Made by a program: the position numbers and the translations under genes. DNA of 32,048 nt, taken from positions 1-32,048 of the forward strand of contig JAUCBJ010003874.1 in NCBI GenBank assembly GCA_032718475.1, given 5' to 3'. Within the stretch, counting starts at the first letter, position 1; each line of letters starts with the position of its first letter. Below, piece after piece: positions 1-12,349 of this stretch. The notes under the pieces were generated by a model. The model was not told the origin of the DNA. It made no database searches and saw only the letters and a list, made by a program, of their open reading frames with translations. Origin of the DNA: Nemertoderma westbladi (Eukaryota; Animalia; Xenacoelomorpha).

Positions 1-677
1 ATTCACCCAAATATGCCGACTCTGTTGACTGTTAGCACAGAGCCAGAGCCTGATATTATAATGTTTTCAGTTACTATCGCCCTCGAATTCAGACCCAGCT
101 ACTAGAAATAGGCCGCGCCGCTTAATCTAAATTTCATCAGTATACCGAACTCGTTCGAGACTGAGTGTCGCTATTTAATAGCTACCTCTCGCCCTGTCAC
201 AGACCCAGCTTCTAACTATAAAACTATAATTAGGACGCCTTCATACAGAACACGTTGCCATTTCATAATGACTCTAAACTGAAGCTACACAAAGGAAAAG
301 GTGAGAAGTGATTATCTAATAATAACACACAAAATCCGATTGTTATACATACTCCTCCTTTTAACAAAGCCGCATTCAACTAACTCCCTTATTACGTATT
401 AGCCTGTGCTGTATCAATGCCTCAGTGGGTGGTCTCTACTACAACTGAAAGGCCCGACTCAGCTCCAGGTAAGTTAACAATCTGTCAATAATAAAAATGA
501 AAGCGAGCCGACATTTAGTCAGAGCAACCAAATGGATGTCCAAGGAGACGTGCTGTCTGGACTTGACTGAGTCGAGTTAAATCGCTTCGCCAAAACGACC
601 AAGTAGCCCATAGGAATACACTACATTTTTTTTGGCGATTTTGGTCATTTTGGCAGCCAAAACGACCAAGTTAATGT

Positions 678-965
678 TTATTGGGATTGGGACTGTAACA
701 TTTCCGCATCTATTGCGTCCAGCACAAACTTGGCTCCTTCACTATTGGGGCGAAGTCCAGCCAGCCGTCTCCTCAACTCTCCATCACCTAGAAATCGTTG
801 ATAGTCTGACAGATAGATGTCAATAGCGTCCCTCTCATGCGGTTTCTCTGCTGTCGCTTCACTTTCCACTTGGGAAAAGGTAGCATCTGTTGATTCTCCA
901 TGGGTCGAGCGCTCAGCCAGCCGAGATTTCCACTGGGGTTCAATTTCGGGGTGAGATTACAATCT
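678..965 (-). pseudogene. candidate terminal coding exon of an unknown gene (needs one frameshift)
   Basis: Minus-strand pyrimidine-rich acceptor (ttttgtgtttatttAG). Removing one C from a C4 run gives the frame EIVISPEIEPQWKSRLAER...DIYLSDYQRFLGDGELRRRLAGL...DAIDAEMLQSQSQ*. AATAAA overlaps the stop. No family recognised. Confidence 0.3.
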
Positions 966-1666
966 CTAAATAAACACAAAAATTACACGTAGGAATTTTT
1001 AGGGTAATTTTACAAGAAGTCTATAAACCAGCCTAACAAAGGGTTAGAATATCTGGTTATTACAAACAGACAGGATACTACGGTATTTGAAAATAACAAA
1101 GCAGTAGTAAATATACTGCGTTGTCCAGATAGGAAAAATACCACCATCTGACGACTTATAGCCGTATCGCTATAAGTACTACATTATGTATCACGGAGTG
1201 TTACCTAGAAGTTAATTACCGTGGCCTACCAGAGCCAACGTGCCTATTAACCACTTTACAACACAAATATACTGCCTACACACTAATTACCTTCGGAAAG
1301 CACTGTACACTAGGGTGGAGTGAAAAAAAATGTTTTCTTTACTTTTAAGGGAAGCACTATTTTTCTGATGCCAAATCGGTCTAAACTAACATTGCAAAAA
1401 AAAATTTTTGATTTTGAAAAATTCTAAGCGGGCCTCACGACACTTGAAAATTTCAAATTTTTGGGAAGGCAATGCCAGTTTTGAAATTCTTAGATATTTT
1501 GTATTTTTGATAAAAGTTAAGGAAAATGCAAATATTTAATGTCAAATAGGTTGGAAACAAACACAAAATGTGAAATTGTGATTTTCATATAAATCTACCC
1601 CAGCCTCATGGCGTTTAAAATTTTGCAAAATTTGCCAAATTTTGCCCTAAAAATACAGCAAACCTA

Positions 1667-3637
1667 CAGTCGGGGTCTCAAAGTGCATCTGTTCTTTGAG
1701 ATATTCTCAAAGAACTAAAAGTGTCTCAAATTTCTAAAAGTGGTCCAAGAAAATGACAAAGTGTCCTCAAAGATTTCAAAGTAGTACTGTCAGTCATTTC
1801 ATACAGTTCTGCCTGAAGCTGGCTATGGTATGGGGTATATTGACTTTGACTATAGGGTAAAATATAAGTAATAAAAACCTCTATGAAACAATAAAGATGC
1901 CTCCAAAAAATACTGCAGTAATAAATATTTGTTACTGAAAGTAAGAATTAAACTTACTGCAGTAATAAAAAATTGTCTTTTTCTGCAGTAACAAATAATT
2001 TGTTACTGCAGTAGAAATTTTTATTCAATTATTTATTAATATTGATTACTGCAGTATAAATTTTTATTCAATTATTTATTAATTTATTAATATTGATTAT
2101 TGCAGTAATAAATATTTGTTACTGCAGTAATAAATATTTGTAACTGCAGTAACTAATATTTAATACAGCAGTATTTTTTGTAGGTATTTTTATTGTTTCA
2201 TAGAGGATTTTATCAATTTATATTTGGGCTCTTTAGAGACGCCGTAATTGCGGGCTATCGGAATGTGTTGGTATTTGTGTCATAGACAGTTTGTCTGTTG
2301 CCCTATCTATATTAATGTATAGTGCTAAAACTGTACAGTACTGTTTTAATTTGTTTAGCCCACGTGAACGCCGAATACCTTTACCAATGCATTTCAATGG
2401 TCAACCAGCCATACTTTGCCGCACTGTAAATTGTGTTATACAAAGTAAAGAATAACGATAGAGGCAGAAATAAAGATAAATGATTCAAGCGCACTAATTG
2501 GCTGTTCCCATAGATGTTTTAGGCATTGTTGGCGCGCAATGCATATGGTCAGAGCGTCCGCCCAGTCTGCCAAAATCTATTATGTAATCAAATGGTACCA
2601 CAAGCTAAGCAAAGCATGTGACAGTTCTTTCCGACTCTGCACCTGTTTGTTTGAAGGTCGCCGTCCGTGGGTCGCTGCTCACTAGCTGTGATTGATAGTT
2701 TAAACTGGGTGCCGCTTTGCCAGAAGGCGGTACACATCAATTGAATATGAGGCAAACATTTAAAATATGCTCAAATATAAACGCCAGCGGCAGGGGATAT
2801 TTTAATATCTCTATTAAGCTAAAACAACACAAGATTGTAGCCGTTCTATCGTACTTGAAAGTCGAAAGCCTTTCTTAGTTTTTAAGAAGGAATTCTCGCG
2901 CTCTCGTCAACATAGTTATCATATTAATTAAACAGTTAAGGTAGTACGGTTTGACCTGAGGTGACTAATGAAATGAATAACAAAAGTTATTACAAGCTTT
3001 CTCCCAACAGGGCTTCTTTAAGTCATTATAATGAAACTGCGTATACACAGAGAAACTACAGTGCAGTTTCTCTTATATTAATTGTTAACCTGATATTGTA
3101 TTATGTTATTAAAATAATCAATCTTGTCAAGCATTAATCTTGTTTCAGTAATTATGTTTAATGTATTATTTGAATGAATGTTTTTTAGAAAGACTTTAGG
3201 GTGTCGTGTCGTAAATTCAATTTGTACTTGCGACCGAAAACCCATCCCTTAATGACCTCAGGAACCTCAATTTGATAAATTAATGGGAATATAGCTTCTA
3301 TGCAACAACTGGCCAGCACACAAGTGTCACTTTGTTGCCCGCATAATATTGTTCCCCGAGAATGCCTCTTCCTCTCAGTTAACTTACTACGAGCTGTCAA
3401 TCAGGAACTCCTCGGAGTTTATTTTCTCAAAGAATTAAAAGTGCGCAAACTACCTCAAAGTGACATTTCTCAAAGAATTCAAAGTGCCTAAAAGGAGGAA
3501 ATCACTTTGAGATTCCCAACTAAAAGTGTCTACAAGAATTCAAAGCGGCCGTTGGGAGTAATGTAATGACTTTTAGACACTTTTAGAAAAACTTTGAGAA
3601 AAACTCAAAGAACAGATGCACTTTGAGACCCCGACTG
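1667..3637. mobile_element. non-autonomous Tc1/mariner-type element nested in the left arm of the hAT element
   Basis: 34-bp TIR CAGTCGGGGTCTCAAAGTGCATCTGTTCTTTGAG; TA TSD (1665-1666, 3638-3639). The hAT right arm shows the empty site (AAACC-TA-CTTCGTAG). Subterminal CTCAAAG repeats at both ends. Confidence 0.88.
1854..2232. mobile_element. MITE (possibly PIF/Harbinger-type) with internal TACTGCAGTA repeats, nested in the Tc1/mariner element
   Basis: ~70-bp imperfect inverted ends (…CCTCTATGAAACAATAAA… / …TTTATTGTTTCATAGAGG…). Interior is an array of palindromic TACTGCAGTA units. Flanks TAT/TTA give only a weak TWA-like TSD, so the superfamily is tentative. Confidence 0.55.
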
Positions 3638-4060
3638 TACTTCGTAGTCTGTATAGTTGAAATCGATGTACTGTGATTTGGAGTTGTTCCTGAGTGAAAA
3701 CCAAGTCCCCTGATTTGATCACAACTTTATTTCAATACTAGAAACCCAGCTAGCTGGCTGTGAATTTGCCTTTGGATCAAATTCCCAATAAGTATATTAT
3801 AAACAACAGTAGGCCTAGGTCTAGGAAGAAGGATAATTCTAAATTAGGAAAACACGAGAAAAACATATGAAAAACACTGCAAAGCACCCGGAAAACATTA
3901 AAATTATTGATCAACAGGAAATTTAATACATGATTACACTGAATTGGTAATCTTAAATGTACTCCTCGCATAGCACACGTTAAGTAATCTCCATAAAACA
4001 TAGGGAAAACACTATAAACCCTCTGGACAACAGTGAAATTTTACCTATATTTCGCTAGAA

Positions 4061-4170
4061 AGCGGGGTAGCTCAATTGGCTGAGCGCCAGGCCTGCAATC
4101 GATTGGTTGTAGGTTCAGCCCCACCAGGGTCCACTCAGCCGCCTTTCATCCACTGGGGTCGATAAATTAG
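4061..4170 (+). mobile_element. tRNA-derived SINE fragment (tRNA-Cys-like head)
   Basis: A box TAGCTCAATTGG (4068-4079), loop CTGCAAT, B-box-like GGTTCAGCCC (4112-4121), then a SINE core-like CACTCAGCC…TTCATCC…GGTCGATAAA. Present only in the left arm of the foldback element. Confidence 0.7.
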
Positions 4171-7100
4171 ATTTGCTTTAATATAATTATTTAATTTAAT
4201 TTAATATAATTAAAATAGATTTGCTTGATATGCTGCTAATAATACTAGGTGAAAGAAGAAATCAATCAGCATGCAGTTCAGCACTATCCTTGTTTTACTG
4301 GTCAGCCAGTAGTACCAGTGTTGCTGTATTCTGGTATTACATAGTGTATTCCAGTATTGTTAGTGTTAGATCAATTCATCTGCTAAATGTTGGCAGTTGA
4401 AGTTCAGAAGTTGTGGTATTTATTATTAAGGATACCATTCATACCAGAAAACCGAACAGACTAGAAAATCATGTGTGATGTATTCGACATCTTGCATCCG
4501 CGCTTCTAGCCACACTGGTATGCCACTTCACTACAGTATCTCTGTAGGTAGGACCTAACTGTGGCCCTCTTGCTGTCTTAATATTAAATACCGCAACCAT
4601 CTGCACTTTAACTGTTCAACATTTAGCAGATGACAAGATCCAACACTAAAAATACTTGAATACTGGAATACACTAATACCAGAATACACCATTAATGTGC
4701 CTCTACCGACTGACCAGTAAAACTGTTGAAATGCATGCTGATTGGTTACTGTTCCTTGGCTGCCGGGCAACAATGGTTTCTGTGTAGTATTAGACACTTT
4801 CAACTTATTGTTTAGCAGCATATTAGGTAAAATTTAATGCTATTCAATGCCAATCATTTTTTCACTGTTTTCTGGACAGTTTATAGTTGTCCCTATGTTT
4901 TACGTAGATTACTTAATGGTGTGATATGCGAGGAGTACATTCAAGATTACCAATTCAGTGTAATTATTACATGTATTAAATTTCCTGTTGATCAATATTT
5001 TTACTTTTTCCGGGTGCATTACAGTGTTTTTCGTTGGTTTTTCTAGTGCTTTACTGTTTTACTGTTTTATTGTTTTACTTTTTTTTTTTTAGTGTTTTCC
5101 TAATTTAGAATTATCCTTCTTCCTATATACCTACTGTTGTTTATAATATACTTATTGGGCATTTGATCCGAAGGTAAATTCACAACCAGCAAGCTGGGTT
5201 TCTAGTATTGAAATATAGTTGTAATCAAATCAGGGAACTTGGTTTCACTCAGGAAGAACTCCAAACCCTAGTAAATCGATTTCAACTATAGAGACTACGA
5301 AGTAGGTTTGCTGTATTTTAAGGGTGAAATTTGGCAAATTTTGCAAAATTTCAAAGGCCATGAGGCTGGGGTAGATTTATATGAAAACCACAATTTCACA
5401 TTTTGTGTTTGTTTCCAACCTATTTGACATTAAATATTTGCATCTTCCTTAACTTTTATCAAAAATACAAAATATCTGGGATTTTCAAAACTGGCATTGC
5501 CTTCTCAAAAATTTGAAATTTTCAAGTGTCGTGAGGCCCGCTTAGAATTTTTCGAAATCAAAAAATTTTTTTTGCAAAATTAGTTTAGACCGATTTGGCA
5601 TCAGAAAAATAGTGCTTCCCTTAAATATAAAGAAAATTTTTTTTTCACTCCACCCTACTGTACACTAAACCCTAAATTAGGTACAAGTACTTATACAACA
5701 AATAATCAGCAGTTGAAAATACTTGTACAGCTAAAAGAACCACGGTATCTGCCGGAGTGAGCAAAGCATAAAATCTCCAGTCTTTACCTATGCCAAACAG
5801 CCCTGATGTAGTACCGGGGTTAATTTAACTATAACGGTATGTCTAACAAGCACAATTACTGTAGGAATAAACTTGGGGGTATGAATGTTGCGAATAATCG
5901 CATAAACTCTGAATAATAAATATTACGCTACCCGTACAGACTACACAAACAAAATACAAACCAAACGCTGGCAAACTACTATCAAGCCTAAATAAACTAC
6001 AGTATATGCAGACTCCGAAATGGTTAGTTAGTATGCGTTCTAACCCAGTAGTACGACTTATTCTTTCAGGGGGGATTTACCTTACAGCACTGGATGCCAC
6101 CCACTTTCCTAACTAGTACTTTATCGGACATACACTCTACACACACTGCAATCTCTTCAGACTTAACAACAGTCAGACAACAGTCCAGCCTACAAATTAT
6201 CTGTACAATCTGAGCAGGCTTACACGCCTTCTGCTCAATATTAGCCTACAAATAAATAAAACTGACAGAAATAAGTAAAATCCCAATAAAAAACCAGGGC
6301 GGGCCCTCCCTGATTAAATATCAAGACCTACCGGTATATAATTATCAAAATCGAATAATACTGCTGTACTTGTACTGCTGTAAGTACCGGTTCGGGTAGT
6401 TAGGCAGTCAGGCCTACTGGTTACCGGTCGACCGGTACTTTAGACTGTATTTATTGCCTACACTGCAATCAGAACTTTATAACTGTTATTGTTCGCGCTT
6501 TCAGACCTTTAGCAGTTTAACCTGCCAAATTTAGGTGTCTTCTAGGTTATAAATCGACTTTAGCCTATGACGAGTATTTGATACACTACATTAGCCGAAG
6601 CCAGCCTATGCGCGACCATTCACCCGCTGGATATACCCGGGAGACTGGATTCGGAAGCTCTGACCTTATTGCGATGTAGGCCTACTGTATTATTCGATTG
6701 ATCGTTAATATATAATCTCTGACCAATATTATTCACTTTCGGGAAATATCAACAGTTCCTTTAGGACGTGGCGCTCTAAGTATGTAAACAGAGTTATGAC
6801 TTACACTAGACACAACAGGATGGCTATTGATTCACGTATAAAGCGCATTCTTTAGGAGATGCTTTGTTATCTATCACACTCATGCACACTACCGCACAAT
6901 ACTGCACACCGATCTGCCGACCTTCACTAATTTTAGTCACATATAAAGAGAACAGCAACTGACACCTGTAGGGCCTATGAAATAGCATTAAATTCACTCC
7001 AAAACCACTTTAATGTAAGTCGCAATTGTTATATGTAACCGGTCTCTCTAACCTTCAGTATATCAAGAAGATTGGGGTTTTCTGATTATTTATCGATATT

Positions 7101-7507
7101 CTCCAAATATAACAATATTCCTTCAACTGATATAATTAATAACCGACAGTAAATAGCAGTAAAATAATGCGGTGATAGGTATGTATGGTATGATATGGGC
7201 TGTATGCCAGTTTGGTTTGCGGTGTGGTTTGATATGATAACAGTTATACGTTTCTATGATCAAAGCCTACTAATGTTTGGCTAAAGCCTGAAACACAGAA
7301 TCATTCCACAGCCGGTCTTCTAGGCTTAGGAAAAATACACACTGACTGAATTGCGTGAGTTTCTGTATACAATGTCCAACACAGAGTGAAAACCGCTCTG
7401 ATTGGTCGACCGAACAAAGAACGAACAAAGAACAAAGAAAAAGTTTCACGTGGACACAGCTGATAGATGTCGTCATCTGAGTTCCGATGTTTAGAGTATT
7501 TGAGCTT

Positions 7508-7640
7508 ATTGCGGAGAAAAATGGCTTTTTATGTCCGCTAAAGCACACATGCAGACATAGTGGGCAAAATCGCTTGTTATGTCCGCTAAAATACCTACTC
7601 GGTATATTGTGGAGAAAAATAGCTTGTTACATCCGCAAAA
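7508..7640. repeat. degenerate tandem repeat, ~3 x 48-49 bp
   Basis: Recurrent GGAGAAAAAT..CTTGTTATGTCCGCTAAA-like units. Confidence 0.45.
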
Positions 7641-8354
7641 GCTTTTACAAAAACTATAGTGAATTAATCACTACTCTTTAATTTTGAAGTTGTCTGTATA
7701 CACTAAATCAATTTGTTGCAAATATGTGTATATTTTTGATGCAGTTTTATTTATGATATATGATATTTATGAATTAGAAGTAACATTTTTGTGTATTTGT
7801 CTATAAATCATCAAGGCGGTAATGTTGACTTGTGCCGTACTTTACATTTTCTGCAATATCTCAAGAACTATTCGCTCTATGCTTGTTTTGATGGTGTCTA
7901 CCCCCACTAAATCGGTAATTGCGGTTCTAATGAGCATAATATTAATGCCGTAGGAGAACTAAAAGTTGTCCATCACCAAAATTGAGAATAATCATCACTT
8001 GCGCCAAATAGTAGGTTCTGGTCATTTGCCTGTGGCACTACTTCCCTTGATCCAAAAATTAAAATTTTGGTATCTAACTAAGTTTGGACCCATTTGATGA
8101 CATTTGATGCATGCAGGAAGTTATTTTTTGAGTCAATGATCTTTCATCAATGTGTTATATTGTTATAAATTTCATTATGGTGCATCGCGATGGCACAAAA
8201 TTTCAACCCTCTTGGGATCCGTGAAGATATAGACGAAATTGAAAGAAATTTTTTTTGCCTTATTTTTTTACCATTTGGCAACTTTTGTGCACCGGTAGAC
8301 AATGAAATCGAAAAAAAGTAAAAACGCACCGCCCTAATGCATAGTCCATGTGAC

Positions 8355-8605
8355 ACTGTTATTAAAGAAGGGCAAAGTAACTTGCGGGAGTCGGTGTTTA
8401 AACTATTTTTATTTCTGTATAGAAACCTAAGCCTTCTGTTAACTTTCGAGAAAATATTTTTCACTGTGCTTTCTCCTGATAAGCAGTTATCCAATGTGAC
8501 GCCTAAATATTTAACTTCCTTTTTATTTTCAATCTTATGTCCATTACTAGTGACTTCAAACTTAGTTACCTTCTTTAACTTCCTTTTGGAACCAAACAAA
8601 ACTTG
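8355..8605 (-). mobile_element. LINE (CR1/L2/Crack-group) ORF2 fragment, C-terminal end of RT
   Basis: FGSKRKLKK…IENKKEVKYLGVTLDNCLSG…SKVNRRLRFLYRNKNSL…RKLLC..LI: KYLGV motif and downstream pattern typical of these LINEs. Confidence 0.82.
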
Positions 8606-8763
8606 TTTGTTGTATTTGGTGTTACTGATTAAATTGGAATCATTAATATTAATATTTTATTTGCTAGACCTTAATATTTTCCAACGTGAGAGTATTAGTC
8701 ACAAATAATTGTATTGCTCAGATTGGGGTGCTGATTTTATAGATGTCTTTATGTATTTTACAT

Positions 8764-9010
8764 ACTACTACTACTAGGTCGAGCGAACTCGGACAGTGGA
8801 AATGAGATCCTTCCAGGCTTCCCGATTCTCCATAGTTGTCGCAATTTCGTTTCTCCTAAGTTCAGTATCCCTTTCAAGTTGATCTATATATGTTATGGCC
8901 AGTCGTCTACGACTACGCTTTCCATGAGTTGGTTGCCAGAAAAGTAGATCTGGTATGACCTCGTCTTTACTTCGCCAGCAGTGCCCACTGAATCTTAATC
9001 TGCGTTAATC
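8764..9010 (-). mobile_element. 5'-truncated RTE-clade LINE (family B) with (TAG)n tail
   Basis: Encodes RRLRFSGHCWRSKDEVIPDLLFWQPTHGKRSRRR..ITYIDQLERDT…MENREAWK…RST*; TAGTAGTAG tail; 12-bp TSD TGTATTTTACAT (8752-8763, 9011-9022). Confidence 0.88.
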
Positions 9011-9699
9011 TGTATTTTACATGTTTTACTATTATATTGTCAATTTACCTTTTACTTAACATAGCCGCCGGTGGCGTAAGTCCGAATGAATAAATAAAAT
9101 AATAAATACTGCCGCTGTGCCAATGTTAGTAGTAAGAAACGATGCACATACTGCACTGTACATATATCCAACTGAGCCTGTCAACACAGGGTACAGCTAT
9201 TATATTGTATAACCTACCTACTGGTAATAGGTAACTGGTTAGCTCACTTACAGGCCTGATATTTCTTCTGCCCAATATTAGTAAATTGCCACTAACTACT
9301 GTAACAATTTAGTTGGGATCATCGGTGGCAATAATAATTATTACAGATGTCCATCTATAATTTTGCCGGAACATTGAGCAAAAGTAATGATACATTCGTA
9401 TTAATTGTTTCGGCAATAATTGTATCATGTATGTTACCCACGCCACGGCATATTAGGCCAAGCCATATGAGGTATATCCGTCAAACCCACACCGTGTCCC
9501 TTTGGTCATCCGGACACAGAACTTCTCACTTTATTTTCGAATTTCTTGTCAAGTACATTCTTTCATTTTTTATCTTTCATCTTACATCTTTCATTCTTTC
9601 ATTATTTACCTATCCACGCATCACAAAGAAAACCACTTACAGACATTCTCGCATTCCATAACTTGCTGCATGCATGTGTCGCAATCCAGCCTACAATTC

Positions 9700-9920
9700 A
9701 AATGTGGGGTGAGCCACGAAGTGAGTGAGCCTTAGCGTAGTGGTACCATTAATCAACCTGTCGTTCTGTCGTTCTGTCGTTCTGTCGCGTTTTTTTTCAG
9801 TATTTTATTTTAAACGTTAATAACCTTGATGAAATCTATCCAAACTTGGTACACATGTTGTTTGGCAAAAGTTTGAAAATTTTCCAAGTAGAATTTGCGT
9901 GGGGCCTTCGTGCAGCATCA
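9700..9920 (+). mobile_element. possible Helentron/HINE (DINE-1-like) non-autonomous fragment
   Basis: (CTGTCGTT)n microsatellite near 9777-9787 followed by AAACTTGGTACAC. The 20-mer at ~9898-9917 is a near reverse complement of 13129-13148. Confidence 0.4.
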
Positions 9921-10509
9921 GTGTAACTGTTATTGTAGTTATAATATATTTATTTATCCAAAATTAACATGCGTTAAATTATTATTACTGTAGGATAAAT
10001 CAGCTGGTTTTCTGACAAATTTTGCAAAACATAGGGGCTGTCTGCCAATCTGCATGTACCATTTGTACCGGTACTGTCAGGCTGTACTCAATTCCTGAAT
10101 CGAGAATTCTGCAATCAGTCAATACTGCAATACAGGTCAGCCGGTACCATACACTGCAGACATTCCATATCATGTAATCTAAACATGGCCCCGGAAAACC
10201 TTGCGGTGATTATAGTTTAGGCCTAATTAGCCTAGTACCGGTAATAATAATATAAAATAGTTTAGATAGTTCAGTAGTTACCGCTAATCATTCAGTCATT
10301 GGCACGGTACACCGTATTGCTGTACTGCCGTTGTAGTGCGCACCGTAGGTACCACCCATGCGTAGGCTGACTGTGCTGATTATGGTACTGTCAGACTGTG
10401 GTACCTAAGCTATATACTGTTAGGTATATTGCTGTATTGGGGTGGGGTTAGGAATAATCCATTTGTTTTAGCATTGAACTGTTGAATCCCCTTATTTATT
10501 ATAAAACCA

Positions 10510-11139
10510 TTGGAAATATTCGCAAATGCCGCTCCATTACTGTCTGAAACGCTCCCGACAGTCCGATGTATCTGGACCCGAGCAGCCGATTTGCTTCAAG
10601 AGGTGATTAACGGGGGAATACTACGGAATTGCTTGTTTGTCAGTACGATTCTATTTGGGTATTTACTACACTCAGACACTGGGAATACGGCGGTCGGTCA
10701 GATCGTAATGCGGGCCACTGCCAAGTTCATCATGCCTCACTCCGGTCACCCACCTTGGAGTGCGGTGGGAAGAGTCCCACTTACTGACTTACGTCGACGA
10801 CTGGACGAATCGACGAGGATTGCGATCTGGGTTTAGCGGCAGCCCGGATCCCGGGATCGCCTGGGGGAAATGGTTGAACGTTGGGCAGACGTTATCGCAC
10901 TGGATTACGTTCTCTGTGACGCGAAAGTGTGAAGCGAATTCGTTGTCGAATTGGGTCGGAAGCTGCGGGAATTCTACTGTTCTACGGGAGTAAACCGCAG
11001 CGGTCCGGTGACTACGGACGGATACTACTGGGATAAGCAGGTATTTCGATCGAGTTTCTCGTATTCTCGATGCTCGAGGCGGATAGAGAGTTGGTTGTGT
11101 TGGGCGGTGTTGTTCAATTCTATCAAACATATTAAATAA
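10510..11139 (+). pseudogene. CpG-rich orphan reading frame broken by two stops
   Basis: ORFs 10510-10836 and 10951-11139 and the gap between them share one frame. Only TAG (10834-10836) and TGA (10930-10932) interrupt ~209 codons. Helical-looking sequence (LRRRLDE…LGEMVERWADVIALDYVL…EFVVELGRKLREFY). Confidence 0.45.
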
Positions 11140-11260
11140 TTGGTAAAATAATAAAAACACACCAGATAAAGATACTGAGCTTATGGTAAAGAGATAGGCC
11201 GAACTTACAATTTCCAAATAGATTGTTCATATAATAAATATATTTTTGGTATTTGATTTC

Positions 11261-11520
11261 AAGATAGGGGGGGGGGGGGGAACTGGACGCAATAAAAATT
11301 CATCCCTCTCCAGGGGAAATTGGACGCAAATAACAACAGCTGATTACTCTCAAAAATAAAACTGTAACCTGTTCTATTGTGTTTACTTTATTGTTTTGGT
11401 TAAAATAACGTGCCACTGTAACCTGCTCCTTTCCCAAAATTGAGAAATTAATATTGAGGCGGGATATTAATTCGCCAAGATGGGATTTGCGTCCAGCCAG
11501 TCCCACCCCCCTCCTATCTC
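11261..11520. mobile_element. MITE (Mutator-like?) with G/C-tract TIRs
   Basis: AGATAGG(G)n..CTGGACGCAA / TTGCGTCCAG..CCCCCTCCTATCT; 8-9-bp TSD TTGATTTC(A) at 11253 and 11521. Shares TTTATTGTTTTGGTT and CTGTAACCTGCTCCTTT with the MITE at 27612-27987. Confidence 0.65.
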
Positions 11521-11619
11521 TTGATTTCACTAAAAAATAGAATACATTGCATTTTACTGTTATAATTACTGTATTGAATAAAATAATTAATTGATTGTTT
11601 ATTAAACCGTGCTAAGCAC

Positions 11620-11960
11620 GTTGAACTGGAGCTCTAACAATTCCCCACTAGCGGCAGACAGGAACTGTAAAAGTCTCTGTAGAATTTCTAATTAAGCAAT
11701 GCTATTAGGTAACTACTACTAAATTTCAGATGAATCTGATCGTTGGTTCTATAATTACAGCTATTTTTATGTTTCTGTTAATTCGCCCCCTAGCGGCAGA
11801 CCGGGGAACTTTAGAAGTCTGTCTGTGTGTAGAATTTCTAAATTTTTTTAAAGACTACAAGTGTACCAAGTTTGGTTCCATTTCATCCATGATTGACCGA
11901 CTTATTAGCGTTCAAACATTCCTGCCACGAATAAAAGCTGCAGGAACTCGAGCGATAATT
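11620..11960 (-). mobile_element. possible HINE/DINE-like repeat fragment with internal duplication
   Basis: GTGTACCAAGTTTGG (reverse complement of the motif near 9840). Duplicated TTC.CC.C.CTAGCGGCAGAC…GAACT…AAGTCT..GTAGAATTTCTAA units at ~11641 and ~11782. Confidence 0.35.
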
Positions 11961-12349
11961 AATTTATTTATTATTAAATACTGTTTCAATTAAATTCTTT
12001 ACGAAAATCTAGTCATCTTCTTTTAAATGTGGACCCTGCATTCATGGAAAATATAATATTTGATAATTCATCAGTCAGCCTACGCTAATTTCACAGCAAA
12101 GTCCTTGTCATGGCCTGTGTGTAGTAGGCCATGGTACCACCCTACTACCGGTACCGGCTGACCGGTGGCAACTAGCACTTGCACAGCAACAGCCCTACCG
12201 GCGATACACAGGTTGGAATTTATGTAGAGTTTGCTCAACAGTACAGATATAAAATAGTTATCTAAATTATCTATATTACTATTGACAAGTATTGAAATAT
12301 ATACCGTTATTCGTATTTGCAACATCTGACATTGGAGAGGTGAGAGAAG

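Larger units (their letters stand above)
1311..5657. mobile_element. non-autonomous hAT-type foldback element, interrupted by nested insertions
   Basis: Termini TAGGGTGGAGTGAAAAAAAA / TTTTTCACTCCACCCTA; perfect 8-bp TSD CTGTACAC at 1303-1310 and 5658-5665. Inverted arms of ~1 kb: left 1311-1666 plus 3640-~4430, right ~4575-5657. Confidence 0.9.

Noticed and set aside
1-480. coding-like A/C-rich stretch
   Set aside because: No sustained frame or recognisable motif.
8300-8336. hAT-like terminus (…GCACCGCCCTA)
   Set aside because: No matching opposite TIR or TSD found in the window.
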